In this document: positions 28,924 to 38,753 of the stretch, in pieces
How the letters are laid out: each line of letters opens with the position of its first letter
How positions within the stretch are numbered: position 1 is the stretch's first letter
Virus record (IMG/VR): IMGVR_UViG_3300037245_003208
Length of the DNA stretch: 64,000 bases
Strand: one strand, 5' to 3'
Origin: an uncultured virus (IMG/VR IMGVR_UViG_3300037245_003208)
Lineage: Duplodnaviria > Heunggongvirae > Uroviricota > Caudoviricetes
Made by a program: the position numbers and the translations under genes
Notes under the pieces: generated by a model
What the model saw: only the letters and a program-made list of their open reading frames with translations
Told to the model about the DNA's origin: nothing
Database searches by the model: none

Positions 28924-30888
28924 TTATTCAGGCGGGAGGTACATCAATTCAAAACTTTTTGAAAAACGCGGTCTAAAATGGATAGCTTGTAAATTTTGCA
29001 TTCCAGCAATTCCCCAACCAGACCCATAAACAGAATCATCCTGTATTCCATTCTTCTCAAATTTCACAGGAGAACCAAACCATTTTTTGAAAGTATCATG
29101 ATCAAAAGTTTCAAATTCCTCTGTTAAAATATCAGGGCCTTTAGCTCCATGAATCCCAACAGAAGGGGCTTTAAAGTGACCAGCATCTAATGCATTGTAC
29201 ATGGTTTGAAACATTTCGTGCTGTTTTAAATAACCTGGATGAACTGCAAGTAAAGAAATTTCTCTTTCCTCGCACCAATTTTTCAAATCCCATGCCCTGT
29301 ATTTTTCTAAACCAATGGCATCCACTCCATCAAAAATATCACTGTACTCATCTATAAGAACTTTAACCACATCAAGATCATGGTTATCAATCTTAGCAAT
29401 ATGGAGCAAAAAATACAGGTACTGGACTCTTTGCCCCGCTTCTTCTGTAAGTAATTTTGGGTCAACTAAGCTATTTGGTAATCCTTTTAATAGAAGAGTT
29501 ACAATAGTGTTTGCTTTTTGTTCTACAGCAAGTGAATCTCCAAAGTCAATGCCAACACCTAAAGCCCAGTTAGTTTTGTACATGTCTGTTAATCTCTGGA
29601 GCACCTTGGGATCAGGAATAGTGGGAGAAGTGCCTTCTAAGCTGTACAAACTGTCAATACTTCTGCATGTGCTTTCTATGTCCCCAATTTCCTCATTGGT
29701 GTCATTTGTAATTCTACTAATAACAGACATACGATCTTCCAAAGATGCTATTTTTACATCTGCGTGTCCATTAATGTCTTTGAGGTCTTCATTCAAATCT
29801 GCCACACGTTTCATTTTTTTAATCAGGGCATCGTTATTCCCAATACGCCCATCAGTTCCAAAATAACGCATGCCGTAAATTAGGGGCATTGAAAATACTT
29901 GATGCCTCCCAGACTCCCAAGTATTCTTGAAATATTGAGCAAAACCTCCCAGGCTGAATTTTGCAGCATAATCAGATAACTGGCGCTGTGTCATGTTTGG
30001 ATGCCAGTAATCTCTGTAATCTGCATCTTTACTCTGTCTATGTGAAAAAAAACAAGATTGTAGGATTTTGTCTTTCCATCCCAAATATAGCTTGGAATAT
30101 AAAAGATGTTGTTTGGACGATACCGTGCTGTCAATAGTTCCCAATGCATTTGTTATGTTTCGTATGGAACCATCTAACTGCTCAAAAAATGAAGGATTTT
30201 TCATATCAAAAATTTCTGAAAAAGTATAACCAGTGATGTTAGAAACAATACCTGTGGAAGTTGACATTGGACGAATGAAAGAAGTTATTTCACCCTTTGC
30301 ATTTCTTATGCGTATTTCTTTTTCCTGAACATTTTTACGGCCTCCAACCTGCTCAAGTAATTTTGGGGATTTTAAAACAATTCCTTGCATTATGCTGAAA
30401 TGTACAAATTTGGACTGGTCTTTGTTGTTTGCACCAAGCATAATCATTTGGCGCTCAAAGCAAAAGAATTTCCACAACTGTATCAAACACACTAAAAAGG
30501 ATTTACCCTCTCCACGCATCCAACACAAAACAATTAATGTGTAAAAAAACACACCATCGTACATCTGTAAAGCTTCTCTGACTATATCCTTTTGCTCCTC
30601 CCACAGATGATTATAAGGACGCCCTGTTTCTGGATTGACAATAGTAGGAAGCTCCCCCATGTAATATTCTTTATGGACTTTATTTATTTCAATGGACACA
30701 ATTACATTGGTTTCCACCCACCATATAAATCCATTAGCCCCATCTTGGTAATCTTTGGGATTGTAGGCTGCTGTTTGAATTCCATCCCCAGCACGAAGGT
30801 TCTTGGTTACTGGAACTTGGACTGCTGGATTTACTATACCTGAATTTCCTATACGAGGCCGTTTACGTCTGGGAATTCGTGCAATCAT
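28924..30888 (-). CDS. terL: Terminase large subunit
   Basis: HLWEEQ (Q motif), Walker A WMRGEGKS, ANNKDQS, nuclease GVGIDFG and DDSV. Confidence 0.9.
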   Translation of the reverse strand: MIARIPRRKRPRIGNSGIVNPAVQVPVTKNLRAGDGIQTAAYNPKDYQDGANGFIWWVETNVIVSIEINKVHKEYYMGELPTIVNPETGRPYNHLWEEQKDIVREALQMYDGVFFYTLIVLCWMRGEGKSFLVCLIQLWKFFCFERQMIMLGANNKDQSKFVHFSIMQGIVLKSPKLLEQVGGRKNVQEKEIRIRNAKGEITSFIRPMSTSTGIVSNITGYTFSEIFDMKNPSFFEQLDGSIRNITNALGTIDSTVSSKQHLLYSKLYLGWKDKILQSCFFSHRQSKDADYRDYWHPNMTQRQLSDYAAKFSLGGFAQYFKNTWESGRHQVFSMPLIYGMRYFGTDGRIGNNDALIKKMKRVADLNEDLKDINGHADVKIASLEDRMSVISRITNDTNEEIGDIESTCRSIDSLYSLEGTSPTIPDPKVLQRLTDMYKTNWALGVGIDFGDSLAVEQKANTIVTLLLKGLPNSLVDPKLLTEEAGQRVQYLYFLLHIAKIDNHDLDVVKVLIDEYSDIFDGVDAIGLEKYRAWDLKNWCEEREISLLAVHPGYLKQHEMFQTMYNALDAGHFKAPSVGIHGAKGPDILTEEFETFDHDTFKKWFGSPVKFEKNGIQDDSVYGSGWGIAGMQNLQAIHFRPRFSKSFELMYLPPE

Positions 30889-31298
30889 TAATAACGCCCC
30901 ACTATTTCAAAATGTCCAAGATCATCCAAACCAGTAACTTTTTTGTTATCTCTGATTTCCACATCTTCACGCCATTTTCCACCCCAACGTATTTTAACAC
31001 CAAAAGCAGCACCAAGTCCAACAATTAAACCAGCCATAAACACATACCTGTCTCTATTTTCATAATCTATGGGGTAGGGGTGAACATCAATGGCAATAGA
31101 TGGCTTTATATTGTGTTCAGAATCAGGCCATTTTTTTGTACTGTCACCTTCCTTAAATTCTTTATTTTGCTGCACTTCACCTCTGAATCCACAAGTAACA
31201 GCAACATCCATAATCTTCAGTACAAAAGTGATTATGACGTACCAGATTGGAACACACGTTTTTATATTCTCTGTTGAGCGTTTCCCTAATTTCCACAT
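30888..31298 (-). CDS. Endolysin, M15 L-Ala-D-Glu peptidase family
   Basis: GFRGEVQQ, SEHN..AIDV, IRWGGKW and DDLGHFE; AGGAG RBS before ATG 31298. Confidence 0.9.
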   Translation of the reverse strand: MWKLGKRSTENIKTCVPIWYVIITFVLKIMDVAVTCGFRGEVQQNKEFKEGDSTKKWPDSEHNIKPSIAIDVHPYPIDYENRDRYVFMAGLIVGLGAAFGVKIRWGGKWREDVEIRDNKKVTGLDDLGHFEIVGRY

Positions 31299-31309
31299 AA
31301 TAATCTCCT

Positions 31310-31483
31310 TTATGATTTTCCAGGTCTTCTGGAAGTAGGCATTGTGCCTGTTGCAGTAGTTGGCTGACCGCCCTTTTTCCAACATTTGGTGCACAATTTA
31401 TCAAGGGTGACTCTGTAACGAGGAACATATCCACCCACAGGTGCATCATGACAGCATCCACATAGTTTTATTTCCTCAGACAT
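31310..31483 (-). CDS. 57-aa Cys-rich (Zn-finger-like) protein
   Basis: Hand-translated MSEEIKLCGCCHD...LCTKCWK; AGGAG RBS and overlap with the upstream stop. Confidence 0.6.
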   Translation of the reverse strand: MSEEIKLCGCCHDAPVGGYVPRYRVTLDKLCTKCWKKGGQPTTATGTMPTSRRPGKS

Positions 31484-32082
31484 TAAAAGCTCCTTTTAGT
31501 TTTGCGCTTCCGTCTCATAGCACTTGGACTGCTCTCTATAGGAGTCATAACAGGGCTTCGTGATGCCCCTATTGGGGGCGCTGGAACACCTATAAAATTG
31601 CCCAGTCCAATCGTTTTCCAAGTGAATTCAATAGTTTTTATAGTTTCTCGTATCTCCTTAAATATTGGATTAGCTCTGCGTGTGCCTTTAATGTCCATCT
31701 CAATGACCTTGTCAACGCCCATTTCTGCTATCTTTAAAGATATTAAAATTTTATACAGGGGGATGAGATCAAAACCTATTCTTAGCAAAATTGCTTCTTT
31801 TTGTTCAGGTGCTTGGGTTTCAGAGGCTTTGAGAACTACTGAGTATACCTGTGCAATATAACGACGCATCACATCACAAGGCTGTCCTATATCTTCACAA
31901 GCGCAGTAGCGAAATCCAGGACATTCTCGCCCATTGCAGTCTTTAACCGCATCCCATGCAAATATTTTTACATTGTTTTCAAGTTCTCCTCTACCTGTGC
32001 TTAATCCTCCTATAAGATTTGTCAGTTCTTCAGGAAGCACAACAACATCTGCCGCTTTTTGATACTTGTTAGATTCTACCAT
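31483..32082 (-). CDS. Probable terminase small subunit (P27-like C-terminus, Cys-rich N-terminus)
   Basis: KGTRRANPIF...WKTIGL resembles the P27-family NP motif; lies upstream of terL. Confidence 0.6.
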   Translation of the reverse strand: MVESNKYQKAADVVVLPEELTNLIGGLSTGRGELENNVKIFAWDAVKDCNGRECPGFRYCACEDIGQPCDVMRRYIAQVYSVVLKASETQAPEQKEAILLRIGFDLIPLYKILISLKIAEMGVDKVIEMDIKGTRRANPIFKEIRETIKTIEFTWKTIGLGNFIGVPAPPIGASRSPVMTPIESSPSAMRRKRKTKRSF

Positions 32083-32085
32083 ATT

Positions 32086-32277
32086 CTACTCCAATTCAAC
32101 TTGAACAGCCAGCCATTCAGGAATTTCAATTTCAAGTATGTCACCAATTTCAATTGACTCTGCATCCTCTTCAAAAGATATCTGAGATATTGGCAACCAA
32201 TAAAGCTCATCACCCTCACCCTCAATACCTAAAGCCAATGCTGTTTTTGCTAAAATTTCCACATTATAAACATTCAC
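32086..32277 (-). CDS. Small acidic protein
   Basis: WLPISQI...IPEWLA motif, common in phage small proteins; AGGAG RBS. Confidence 0.7.
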   Translation of the reverse strand: MNVYNVEILAKTALALGIEGEGDELYWLPISQISFEEDAESIEIGDILEIEIPEWLAVQVELE

Positions 32278-32292
32278 AATGATTCTCCTTTA

Positions 32293-32511
32293 TTAAAGAT
32301 CCACCCATTCAGGATTTCCCATCAAGACATCCAAAGGAACCCCCAACATCTCTGACACAGCTATGCGAATATTAATTGTTGGGCATGTGTGAACAGTTTC
32401 CCATTTATGAATTGTTTTTTGAGACACACATAGTTTCTTACTTAATTCAGTTTGTGAAAGTCCCTGCAATTCTCTGTGCTTTCTTAAATTTTTTCCAAAA
32501 GTTGATTCCAT
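32293..32511 (-). CDS. XRE-family HTH regulator
   Basis: FGKNLRKHRELQGLSQTELSKKLCVSQKTIHKWE. Confidence 0.9.
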   Translation of the reverse strand: MESTFGKNLRKHRELQGLSQTELSKKLCVSQKTIHKWETVHTCPTINIRIAVSEMLGVPLDVLMGNPEWVDL

Positions 32512-32541
32512 ATTTCTCCCCTTCAAAATTTTTTCATTTCT

Positions 32542-32919
32542 TTATTCATCGCCACGATTCCGCGTGTACGTTTTAGTTACTGACCAACATTTTCCAGTGG
32601 CCACATCAGCTTCGTTCTGTACCTGGGGAACAGTTCGTTTTTTTGACAAGGAATCCTGCAGCGCCTCCCACTTCTCTACCATTCCTAAATCAAGTTCTAT
32701 TTCAGATTTATAGATGCCGTACATTTCTTTAATAATTATGAGCGATGCAATTCCTAATCCAAAACACAAAGCAATTGCAACATACTGAATAAATCCAGCT
32801 TTAGTCGTTACAGAGATACCTGTGAGACATATCAAAAAACACAAACACAGTAAAAGCATGGACAGCAAGTCCGTTTCAAACATTGCTATATAAAGTGCAG
32901 CTTTGTCAATTTTAAACAT
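32542..32919 (-). CDS. Two-TM membrane protein
   Basis: Two hydrophobic segments; AGGAG RBS. Confidence 0.6.
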   Translation of the reverse strand: MFKIDKAALYIAMFETDLLSMLLLCLCFLICLTGISVTTKAGFIQYVAIALCFGLGIASLIIIKEMYGIYKSEIELDLGMVEKWEALQDSLSKKRTVPQVQNEADVATGKCWSVTKTYTRNRGDE

Positions 32920-32935
32920 CGTAACTCCTTTTATA

Positions 32936-33262
32936 TTAGTTCTTACTCACTTCCATTAATATGAATATGATCATAATAACTATTAAAAATAGGGCTCCTG
33001 CAGCCCCTCCACCAGAGTCTTTAACTACTCTCATTGGAGGAGGTGTTGGGGGAGGTGGATACGGATGAGAACAGTCAAGCTGTGGAACACCTCCTGTGGT
33101 AGGAGCCATTTCCAATTTTACAACATCACCGCACTTCAATGTTAGTTGTGGAGGGAACATTGTTCTTGGAAGCATTAAACGTTGATGTTCACCGTTTATA
33201 AATGTTGTGCAATTGACTAAATCTCTGTAAGTTTCGTTTATGACAACTTTAAGTTCTCCCAT
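32936..33262 (-). CDS. Pro-rich protein with a C-terminal TM anchor
   Basis: PPPPTPPP linker and a hydrophobic C-terminus. Confidence 0.6.
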   Translation of the reverse strand: MGELKVVINETYRDLVNCTTFINGEHQRLMLPRTMFPPQLTLKCGDVVKLEMAPTTGGVPQLDCSHPYPPPPTPPPMRVVKDSGGGAAGALFLIVIMIIFILMEVSKN

Positions 33263-33349
33263 TTTTAATCTCCGTTTGCTTTTCAGTATGTTTATACCAT
33301 TCAGCTTACAAAATTGTTATTGCATTTTTTAGAACTATTTGCAATGTTT

Positions 33350-33733
33350 TTATGGAGCAATTCCTTTATCCCATTCCACATGCTCATTATTTCCATATCT
33401 GACAATCCACGCATCGTACCCCTTTTTGTCTTCTTCAAACAAGACTTTCAGTATTTCATTTAATAACCATTTTAAATGATGGGCTTCAGAAGTTCCATTA
33501 TGTCGCCACAATAAAACAAGAATATGCACTCTGAGACTGTTGAACGAATCTTCAGATTTTCCTGTTTCTTTTGGGGCGGCGGCAATAACCTCTTCAAACA
33601 TTTCGTGCATTTTTGTGAGGGCTTCAGCCTCACATTTATCTTCTTCTGAATAACCAGGGCTTGGAAGCCATAAGCTTTGTATTCTCAAAGCAGCCTTAAT
33701 AGCTTCCATGGGTGTTGACACTTTCTCTTCCAT
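33350..33733 (-). CDS. Hypothetical protein
   Basis: ORF in operon with RBS. Confidence 0.6.
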   Translation of the reverse strand: MEEKVSTPMEAIKAALRIQSLWLPSPGYSEEDKCEAEALTKMHEMFEEVIAAAPKETGKSEDSFNSLRVHILVLLWRHNGTSEAHHLKWLLNEILKVLFEEDKKGYDAWIVRYGNNEHVEWDKGIAP

Positions 33734-33734
33734 A

Positions 33735-34046
33735 TTAGTTTCCTCTCCTTATTAATTTCACATCACGGCCTTGGTAGATTTCAACAAAGTTAGGAGGTTG
33801 GTTAACTGGCTCATTATATCTGTCCAATTCTATACCTAAATAAGTGAATCTTGGAAAAGTAGAAACAAGATGTGCAGGATTCCAATTAACACTGGCAATT
33901 GATATTCGCACGTCGTTGGCCTCAATTATGTCAGTAACTTTGTAAGCTCCTTCTTCACTCCCATACTTTTTACACAAGTCTTCCTTATCCACATTCGCTC
34001 TATCCTCTATTTCTGAAAATTTTTTAAGAAACTCATTTCTTGTCAT
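33735..34046 (-). CDS. Hypothetical protein, paralog of 35493..35789
   Basis: Shared E.LKK..EI...DIIE...RI.I...PR..Y.G pattern. Confidence 0.65.
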   Translation of the reverse strand: MTRNEFLKKFSEIEDRANVDKEDLCKKYGSEEGAYKVTDIIEANDVRISIASVNWNPAHLVSTFPRFTYLGIELDRYNEPVNQPPNFVEIYQGRDVKLIRRGN

Positions 34047-34048
34047 TT

Positions 34049-34369
34049 TTATTCTCTCCTATTATAAAAATATTCATAATCTTCTAAAGTCCAAGTATCG
34101 TCAAAAGGCTCATCATTTAAATCTTCATCATCACTATAATCTAATTTCCTTTTTAAATTATTAACATCTAACAACACATCCATTAATGTTTCGTCCTGGG
34201 TGAGCCAGCCTTCTGATTTTAATTCCATTTCCAAAACATCAACTGACAAACCATCCTTTTTAAATAAGCACTTAGATGAGACAGGGAAGTTTTGGATTTC
34301 ATGCTTGTAAGCAGACCATGGTGTGCAGTTTATTCCTCCTTTTCTTATACGCTGCCTTAGTGTGCTCAT
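34049..34369 (-). CDS. Hypothetical protein
   Basis: ORF with GAGG RBS. Confidence 0.6.
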   Translation of the reverse strand: MSTLRQRIRKGGINCTPWSAYKHEIQNFPVSSKCLFKKDGLSVDVLEMELKSEGWLTQDETLMDVLLDVNNLKRKLDYSDDEDLNDEPFDDTWTLEDYEYFYNRRE

Positions 34370-34391
34370 TTAAATCCCTCGCAATTTCATT

Positions 34392-34844
34392 TCATTCTTC
34401 ATCTAAGGCCGCATTAATCTTTTTTCGCATTTCTTTTGTAAGTTCGTCCTCATCTTCTTCAAAAAGAATACAAAGGGGATTGGCCATGATTTGTTTTAAC
34501 CAGTTAGCCTCTGTCTTATTTAATTCTATGGTAAATGTCATTATATCCTCCTTCACAATATCCTTGCAATCAGGCTTGTGCTGACACATAGTGCACATCC
34601 CATTCAAATCCCCTTTGTAATCACCAAAGCAGGGCATGGATTGACAATTATCACAATAAGTCAGCCCACACGGGCATTCTATTTCTTCTTCTAAAGTGCA
34701 TTCATAACCACCGTATATGGCATCAAAATCTAAATGGCCGCAGTCTTTTGCACTCCCTGAACCACAATTTGGACATGGTGTTTTTGATTTATCTAAAACC
34801 ATAGACATCTTATTTAACTTAGTCATTATATCCTCCTTGGACAT
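34392..34844 (-). CDS. Cys-rich Zn-binding protein
   Basis: Multiple CxxC motifs; the start may be at an internal Met. Confidence 0.6.
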   Translation of the reverse strand: MSKEDIMTKLNKMSMVLDKSKTPCPNCGSGSAKDCGHLDFDAIYGGYECTLEEEIECPCGLTYCDNCQSMPCFGDYKGDLNGMCTMCQHKPDCKDIVKEDIMTFTIELNKTEANWLKQIMANPLCILFEEDEDELTKEMRKKINAALDEE

Positions 34845-35491
34845 TTTTCCACAGCTTCTTTAACTCTATCCATAATGCCATCAAATGGTTCGTCATATGC
34901 CTGAATAACAAATGGGTATATGCCGTCACAGTTTTGAAACAAAACATCCCCATTAGGAAACAAACCAAGTCTTGTGGGTACTTCATATGTTTGACACTTA
35001 TTGGTGCATGTCCAATCATCTTTCTTAGCACGGCCCATAGGATGTATAATATCATCGCCTTTTAATCTCATCCCATCAGGGTATGCATCCTTTAACATTT
35101 GCAATTTGTGCACATCTTGGTATTTTTTATGGTGAGGAGTTCCGCTGACCACAAGGAACATTTTATTGTGTGTAAGGAATGCAACAAATTCCCACATTAA
35201 CTCATTACTTATTGTTGTCCAACTACCGTTTGATATGCAAAATCTTGGAACATCTTCAGGAATCATATCAATAAACCACTGGAACACTGGCATGTTGATT
35301 GAAATCTCGCCACCATAAAACCCACATGAATTAATCATGCTCCAGTCTATTGTGCTAATAAATTTCTCAGTTTTCTCAATGTCTAAAATTTCCTTTTGTT
35401 CCATGTCACAATCATACATGCAGAAGGGACAATTCAAATTGCACTTCAAACTTGGAATAAAACTGAAATCTATTAATTTTTCCTGGGGCAT
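34826..35491 (-). CDS. Radical SAM protein
   Basis: CNLNCPFC (CxxxCxxC), FYGGE, ISNG, PMGRA and a short C-terminal Cys cluster. Confidence 0.9.
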   Translation of the reverse strand: MPQEKLIDFSFIPSLKCNLNCPFCMYDCDMEQKEILDIEKTEKFISTIDWSMINSCGFYGGEISINMPVFQWFIDMIPEDVPRFCISNGSWTTISNELMWEFVAFLTHNKMFLVVSGTPHHKKYQDVHKLQMLKDAYPDGMRLKGDDIIHPMGRAKKDDWTCTNKCQTYEVPTRLGLFPNGDVLFQNCDGIYPFVIQAYDEPFDGIMDRVKEAVEKCPRRI

Positions 35492-35492
35492 T

Positions 35493-35789
35493 TTATATTC
35501 CTTCCTTTATTAATATGATGCGTTCATTTTGCTCAATATGTGATAATGCTTTTTTTGCAAACGGAGCATTAAGCTTTGTCATTTTCTTTCCACTGTACAA
35601 ACATCTTGGACGTCCTCTGTCCATCCATGTCATTTGCTCAATTAATATCCTCAAAGAATCCAGTTCAATAATGTCACCCTTTTTGAATGGATTGTTTTCT
35701 GTTGCATGTTGTGCATAGAGGGCAGATTTTTCTTTCTCTGCCTTTGCATCAATCTCATTTATTTTTTTGACTAATTCTTTATGCTCCAT
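35493..35789 (-). CDS. Hypothetical protein, paralog of 33735..34046
   Basis: Start MEHK after an AGGA RBS. Confidence 0.65.
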   Translation of the reverse strand: MEHKELVKKINEIDAKAEKEKSALYAQHATENNPFKKGDIIELDSLRILIEQMTWMDRGRPRCLYSGKKMTKLNAPFAKKALSHIEQNERIILIKEGI

Positions 35790-35799
35790 TTTATTTTCC

Positions 35800-36741
35800 T
35801 TATTCCCAGTTATATTCGCGATACAATGCTTCAATCAAAAAACGATTCCAAAATTTCCTATTTACTTTTTCTGGATAATTACTATATTTAGTTAATTCTT
35901 CAATATAATCAATGGCCTCCTCAAGAGCAGGAGCAACAACGGATAAATAATCTAATTCACCGCGTTTGACCTGTTTTAAAAGTTTTGCATTTTTTAAAGG
36001 AAACTCAATTGTTCCTTTTGTGTAAATACTAATGAGTTGAGTAGCTGCTCTCAAAGCATGTGAAATTGCTTTCCAGTCAATTCCTTTGTTTTCTTTAGCC
36101 AATTGTGCTCTATGTCCATAGTCATTGATAAATCTTTTTATAATATCAGAGCAGTAACCTATCTTACTTGTTCCCTGGAGCTTTTTCCCACATACCTGAT
36201 AAAACACTTCGCCATTCTGCTCAACAAAATGAACGTGCTCAGGAAGAGGTAAACTTTCCCAAAAAGTTTCCATTTTCTGATCAGGGCGTAAATAACTAAG
36301 ATAGGTCAAAACTTCTTCAGCACTTGCAATCCTGCTTCCTTTGATTCCATACTTTGCAGCCTGTTTTCTGCAGTACCCCACAAAAGCTTTAAGATTCTTG
36401 GTATAAAACAAATGCCTGTTCTGCACTATTCTGTTCCAGATATCTGATTTTTCAAGTACCATATTATCAGGAGCATGCAACATATCAATAGCAGCAGTTT
36501 CTCCTTTACAACACAATTCTAAAAAATAATGGAATGAATAAAATTCTGAATCTACATCACCTTTCGTATTTTTGGAAAAATTATTTCCTGTGGATTCAGA
36601 AAAGTGTTTGGGAATTCTGTTTAATAAAATTTCTTCTTTTGTGGGTAAAAACACTCCTTTGAAATCTTCATCTGAATCAGGTGTATTTGTTCCATAAAGA
36701 TGACTCCCAAATTTCATTTTTACAATGATTTTATGATGCAT
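35800..36741 (-). CDS. Pol-beta-type nucleotidyltransferase (RlaP/Nuc-transf family)
   Basis: FGSHLYGTNTPDSDEDFKGVF and DWKAISHALR motifs. Confidence 0.88.
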   Translation of the reverse strand: MHHKIIVKMKFGSHLYGTNTPDSDEDFKGVFLPTKEEILLNRIPKHFSESTGNNFSKNTKGDVDSEFYSFHYFLELCCKGETAAIDMLHAPDNMVLEKSDIWNRIVQNRHLFYTKNLKAFVGYCRKQAAKYGIKGSRIASAEEVLTYLSYLRPDQKMETFWESLPLPEHVHFVEQNGEVFYQVCGKKLQGTSKIGYCSDIIKRFINDYGHRAQLAKENKGIDWKAISHALRAATQLISIYTKGTIEFPLKNAKLLKQVKRGELDYLSVVAPALEEAIDYIEELTKYSNYPEKVNRKFWNRFLIEALYREYNWE

Positions 36742-36742
36742 G

Positions 36743-37168
36743 TTATTTTTCTCCTTCGTGAATGTTTCCAGTTTTCTCAAAAGTTAAATCTGGATAATGA
36801 AAAGGAACTCTGTGTTTTGTTTCTACATTTTCCACCATGAAAGCACCATCTATAAAAACAATTTTTCCTCTTCCTAAGTGAGTTATTCCTTTACAATCTG
36901 GATCAGCACTTATGGCAATCCAATATTCATAAATGCCTAAATCATCTTCATACAAATCGTTCCCATTTTTGTCAGGAACACCAACATGCCGCATCCAACT
37001 GTGTGTAAACTTCTTGTCTGTGACAGCACGAGTTATCATTTTATCATATGCCATGAAACCTAAGCCTCTTTCTGATTCATGAGGTTCAGAAAAGCACATC
37101 TTACCAACTCTTTTATTTGTCTTAGCATCTAACCGTGAAATATAACATCTTAATTTTATATCATTCAT
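36743..37168 (-). CDS. YopX-family protein
   Basis: IKLR...VGVPDKNGNDLYEDD...GNIHE. Confidence 0.85.
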   Translation of the reverse strand: MNDIKLRCYISRLDAKTNKRVGKMCFSEPHESERGLGFMAYDKMITRAVTDKKFTHSWMRHVGVPDKNGNDLYEDDLGIYEYWIAISADPDCKGITHLGRGKIVFIDGAFMVENVETKHRVPFHYPDLTFEKTGNIHEGEK

Positions 37169-37190
37169 TTTCCAAACCCCTCCTTATTTA

Positions 37191-37445
37191 TTATTCCTTT
37201 ACATTCACATAATTTTTTTCATCGTATTTTCTAACAACCAATTCTCGACCATCGTCTAAAATTATTGATCCTGTTATTTCTCCGTGCCCGCAACAACTTG
37301 CCAGCGTTTTTATATTAGCTGCGTTTAGCGCTGCAATAATATGAGCTATGCAATAATCAATACCTTGCAACCTCCCGTTGATTGGCATAGGAACTTGACA
37401 AGAAAACTCTCCTGGTTTGCAGCATTTTTTTGGTTTCATTTTCAA
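37191..37445 (-). CDS. Hypothetical Cys-rich protein
   Basis: IDYCIAHIIAALNAANIKTLASCCGHG, a recurrent phage motif. Confidence 0.7.
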   Translation of the reverse strand: MKMKPKKCCKPGEFSCQVPMPINGRLQGIDYCIAHIIAALNAANIKTLASCCGHGEITGSIILDDGRELVVRKYDEKNYVNVKE

Positions 37446-37759
37446 AACCTCTCCTTAATATTTTCAAGCATTAAAACCATTTTCCTAATCCAAGTTTTCA
37501 CAAATTCAAAACATTTTTTATAAAGGGTTTTCTTAGGTTTAAAGTCCATGTCCAATGGCTTACTGATAATCATGTTCAAACACTCTGGTTTTGTAATTAA
37601 TTTAATTCTATGTCTCTCCAGATTAAGACCTTTTGATAATTGCTGCATAACACTTTCAAGTGCTTGTTTTTCAATTTGCTCAAGTTTACAATTTTTACCC
37701 CAGCATCCTGATGATTTAATTCTTAATCTTAGTTTTATTTCTGCTGTCACTGAATCCAT
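37442..37759 (-). CDS. Hypothetical protein
   Basis: ORF in operon with RBS. Confidence 0.6.
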   Translation of the reverse strand: MDSVTAEIKLRLRIKSSGCWGKNCKLEQIEKQALESVMQQLSKGLNLERHRIKLITKPECLNMIISKPLDMDFKPKKTLYKKCFEFVKTWIRKMVLMLENIKERF

Positions 37760-37764
37760 TTTCT

Positions 37765-38013
37765 CTAATCTCCTAAATCTTTAAAAGTTATTTCATTAGG
37801 AACTTGAACATTCTCATATGTTGTGCAAATTGCTTCCAAAATCTTTTTACCCTTAATATAGTATTTTTCAGAAATTGTCCCATCATCAAATGTATGTGTT
37901 TTCCAATCACAGTGTTTTATTTTTTGAGCTTCTGATAAATGACCTATTTTCTCATTTAACGCTTCCTCAACTTTTTCAAATCTGTTTTTTAAAAATCCCC
38001 CAATAAACTTCAT
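37765..38013 (-). CDS. Hypothetical protein
   Basis: ORF with AGGAGG RBS. Confidence 0.6.
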   Translation of the reverse strand: MKFIGGFLKNRFEKVEEALNEKIGHLSEAQKIKHCDWKTHTFDDGTISEKYYIKGKKILEAICTTYENVQVPNEITFKDLGD

Positions 38014-38384
38014 TTCTAAAATCCCTCCTTATTATTTAATTTTTGTTAAGTACCTTTATATAACATCCATGGTATAAGTACAAGCTGTTTATTAACCCCT
38101 TATTTACATGATTAAGCCGTGTGCAATTTCAAAAACAAATATGGCCCCATGGTGCTCTGAAACACAAATGGCTTAATCAATTATTCTACATATGATTAAG
38201 CCATTTTCACTGTTTTTGAATGAAAGTTGCCGGACAAATTTCTAAATCTCTTGCAATATTTGTGTTTTTATTTTTTATTTCTGCTTTGATCTTCAGTTCT
38301 TAATATGATTAAAGCAGGAAAATGAATCTCCCCGTATACAGACTTTTAACTTTTGTTCCCTGGGACATTCATTTCTTAAAAACA

Positions 38385-38753
38385 TTATTTTACACATAAT
38401 TCCTTTGGTTTGCAAACACCTCTTGTAGTTCCATTGTAATCACTCTCCCCTTTAACCTTGTAAAATGCAAAAGGTAAGTGTGCTGTGTGGGTGATTTCTT
38501 TATCCGCTGCTCCTTTAAGAACTGCAGAACAATCCCAGTAATGATTCGCTCCGCATCCCTTTGGATATGCAAGTCCATATCCACAATCACAAAGGCTGTG
38601 TGCTGCATAATGTAATTCATCGTCAGTAAAAATAGGATTCTCTTTCATTCGTAATTTAAATGCAGCACTCTTTTCTTTAAAATATTGGGAAATGATTTCA
38701 TTACTTGCTTCTACTTGTGCACTGGCTTCTTTATATTGCTCTTCTGTAATCAT
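38385..38753 (-). CDS. Hypothetical protein with Cys/His cluster
   Basis: CDCGYGLAY..WDCS..HT motif; AAGGA RBS. Confidence 0.65.
   Translation of the reverse strand: MITEEQYKEASAQVEASNEIISQYFKEKSAAFKLRMKENPIFTDDELHYAAHSLCDCGYGLAYPKGCGANHYWDCSAVLKGAADKEITHTAHLPFAFYKVKGESDYNGTTRGVCKPKELCVK

Noticed and set aside
408..31861. Plus-strand ORFs of the track within the structural module (e.g. 408..620, 29315..29866)
   Set aside because: Antisense shadows of well-supported minus-strand genes, with no RBS or motifs.
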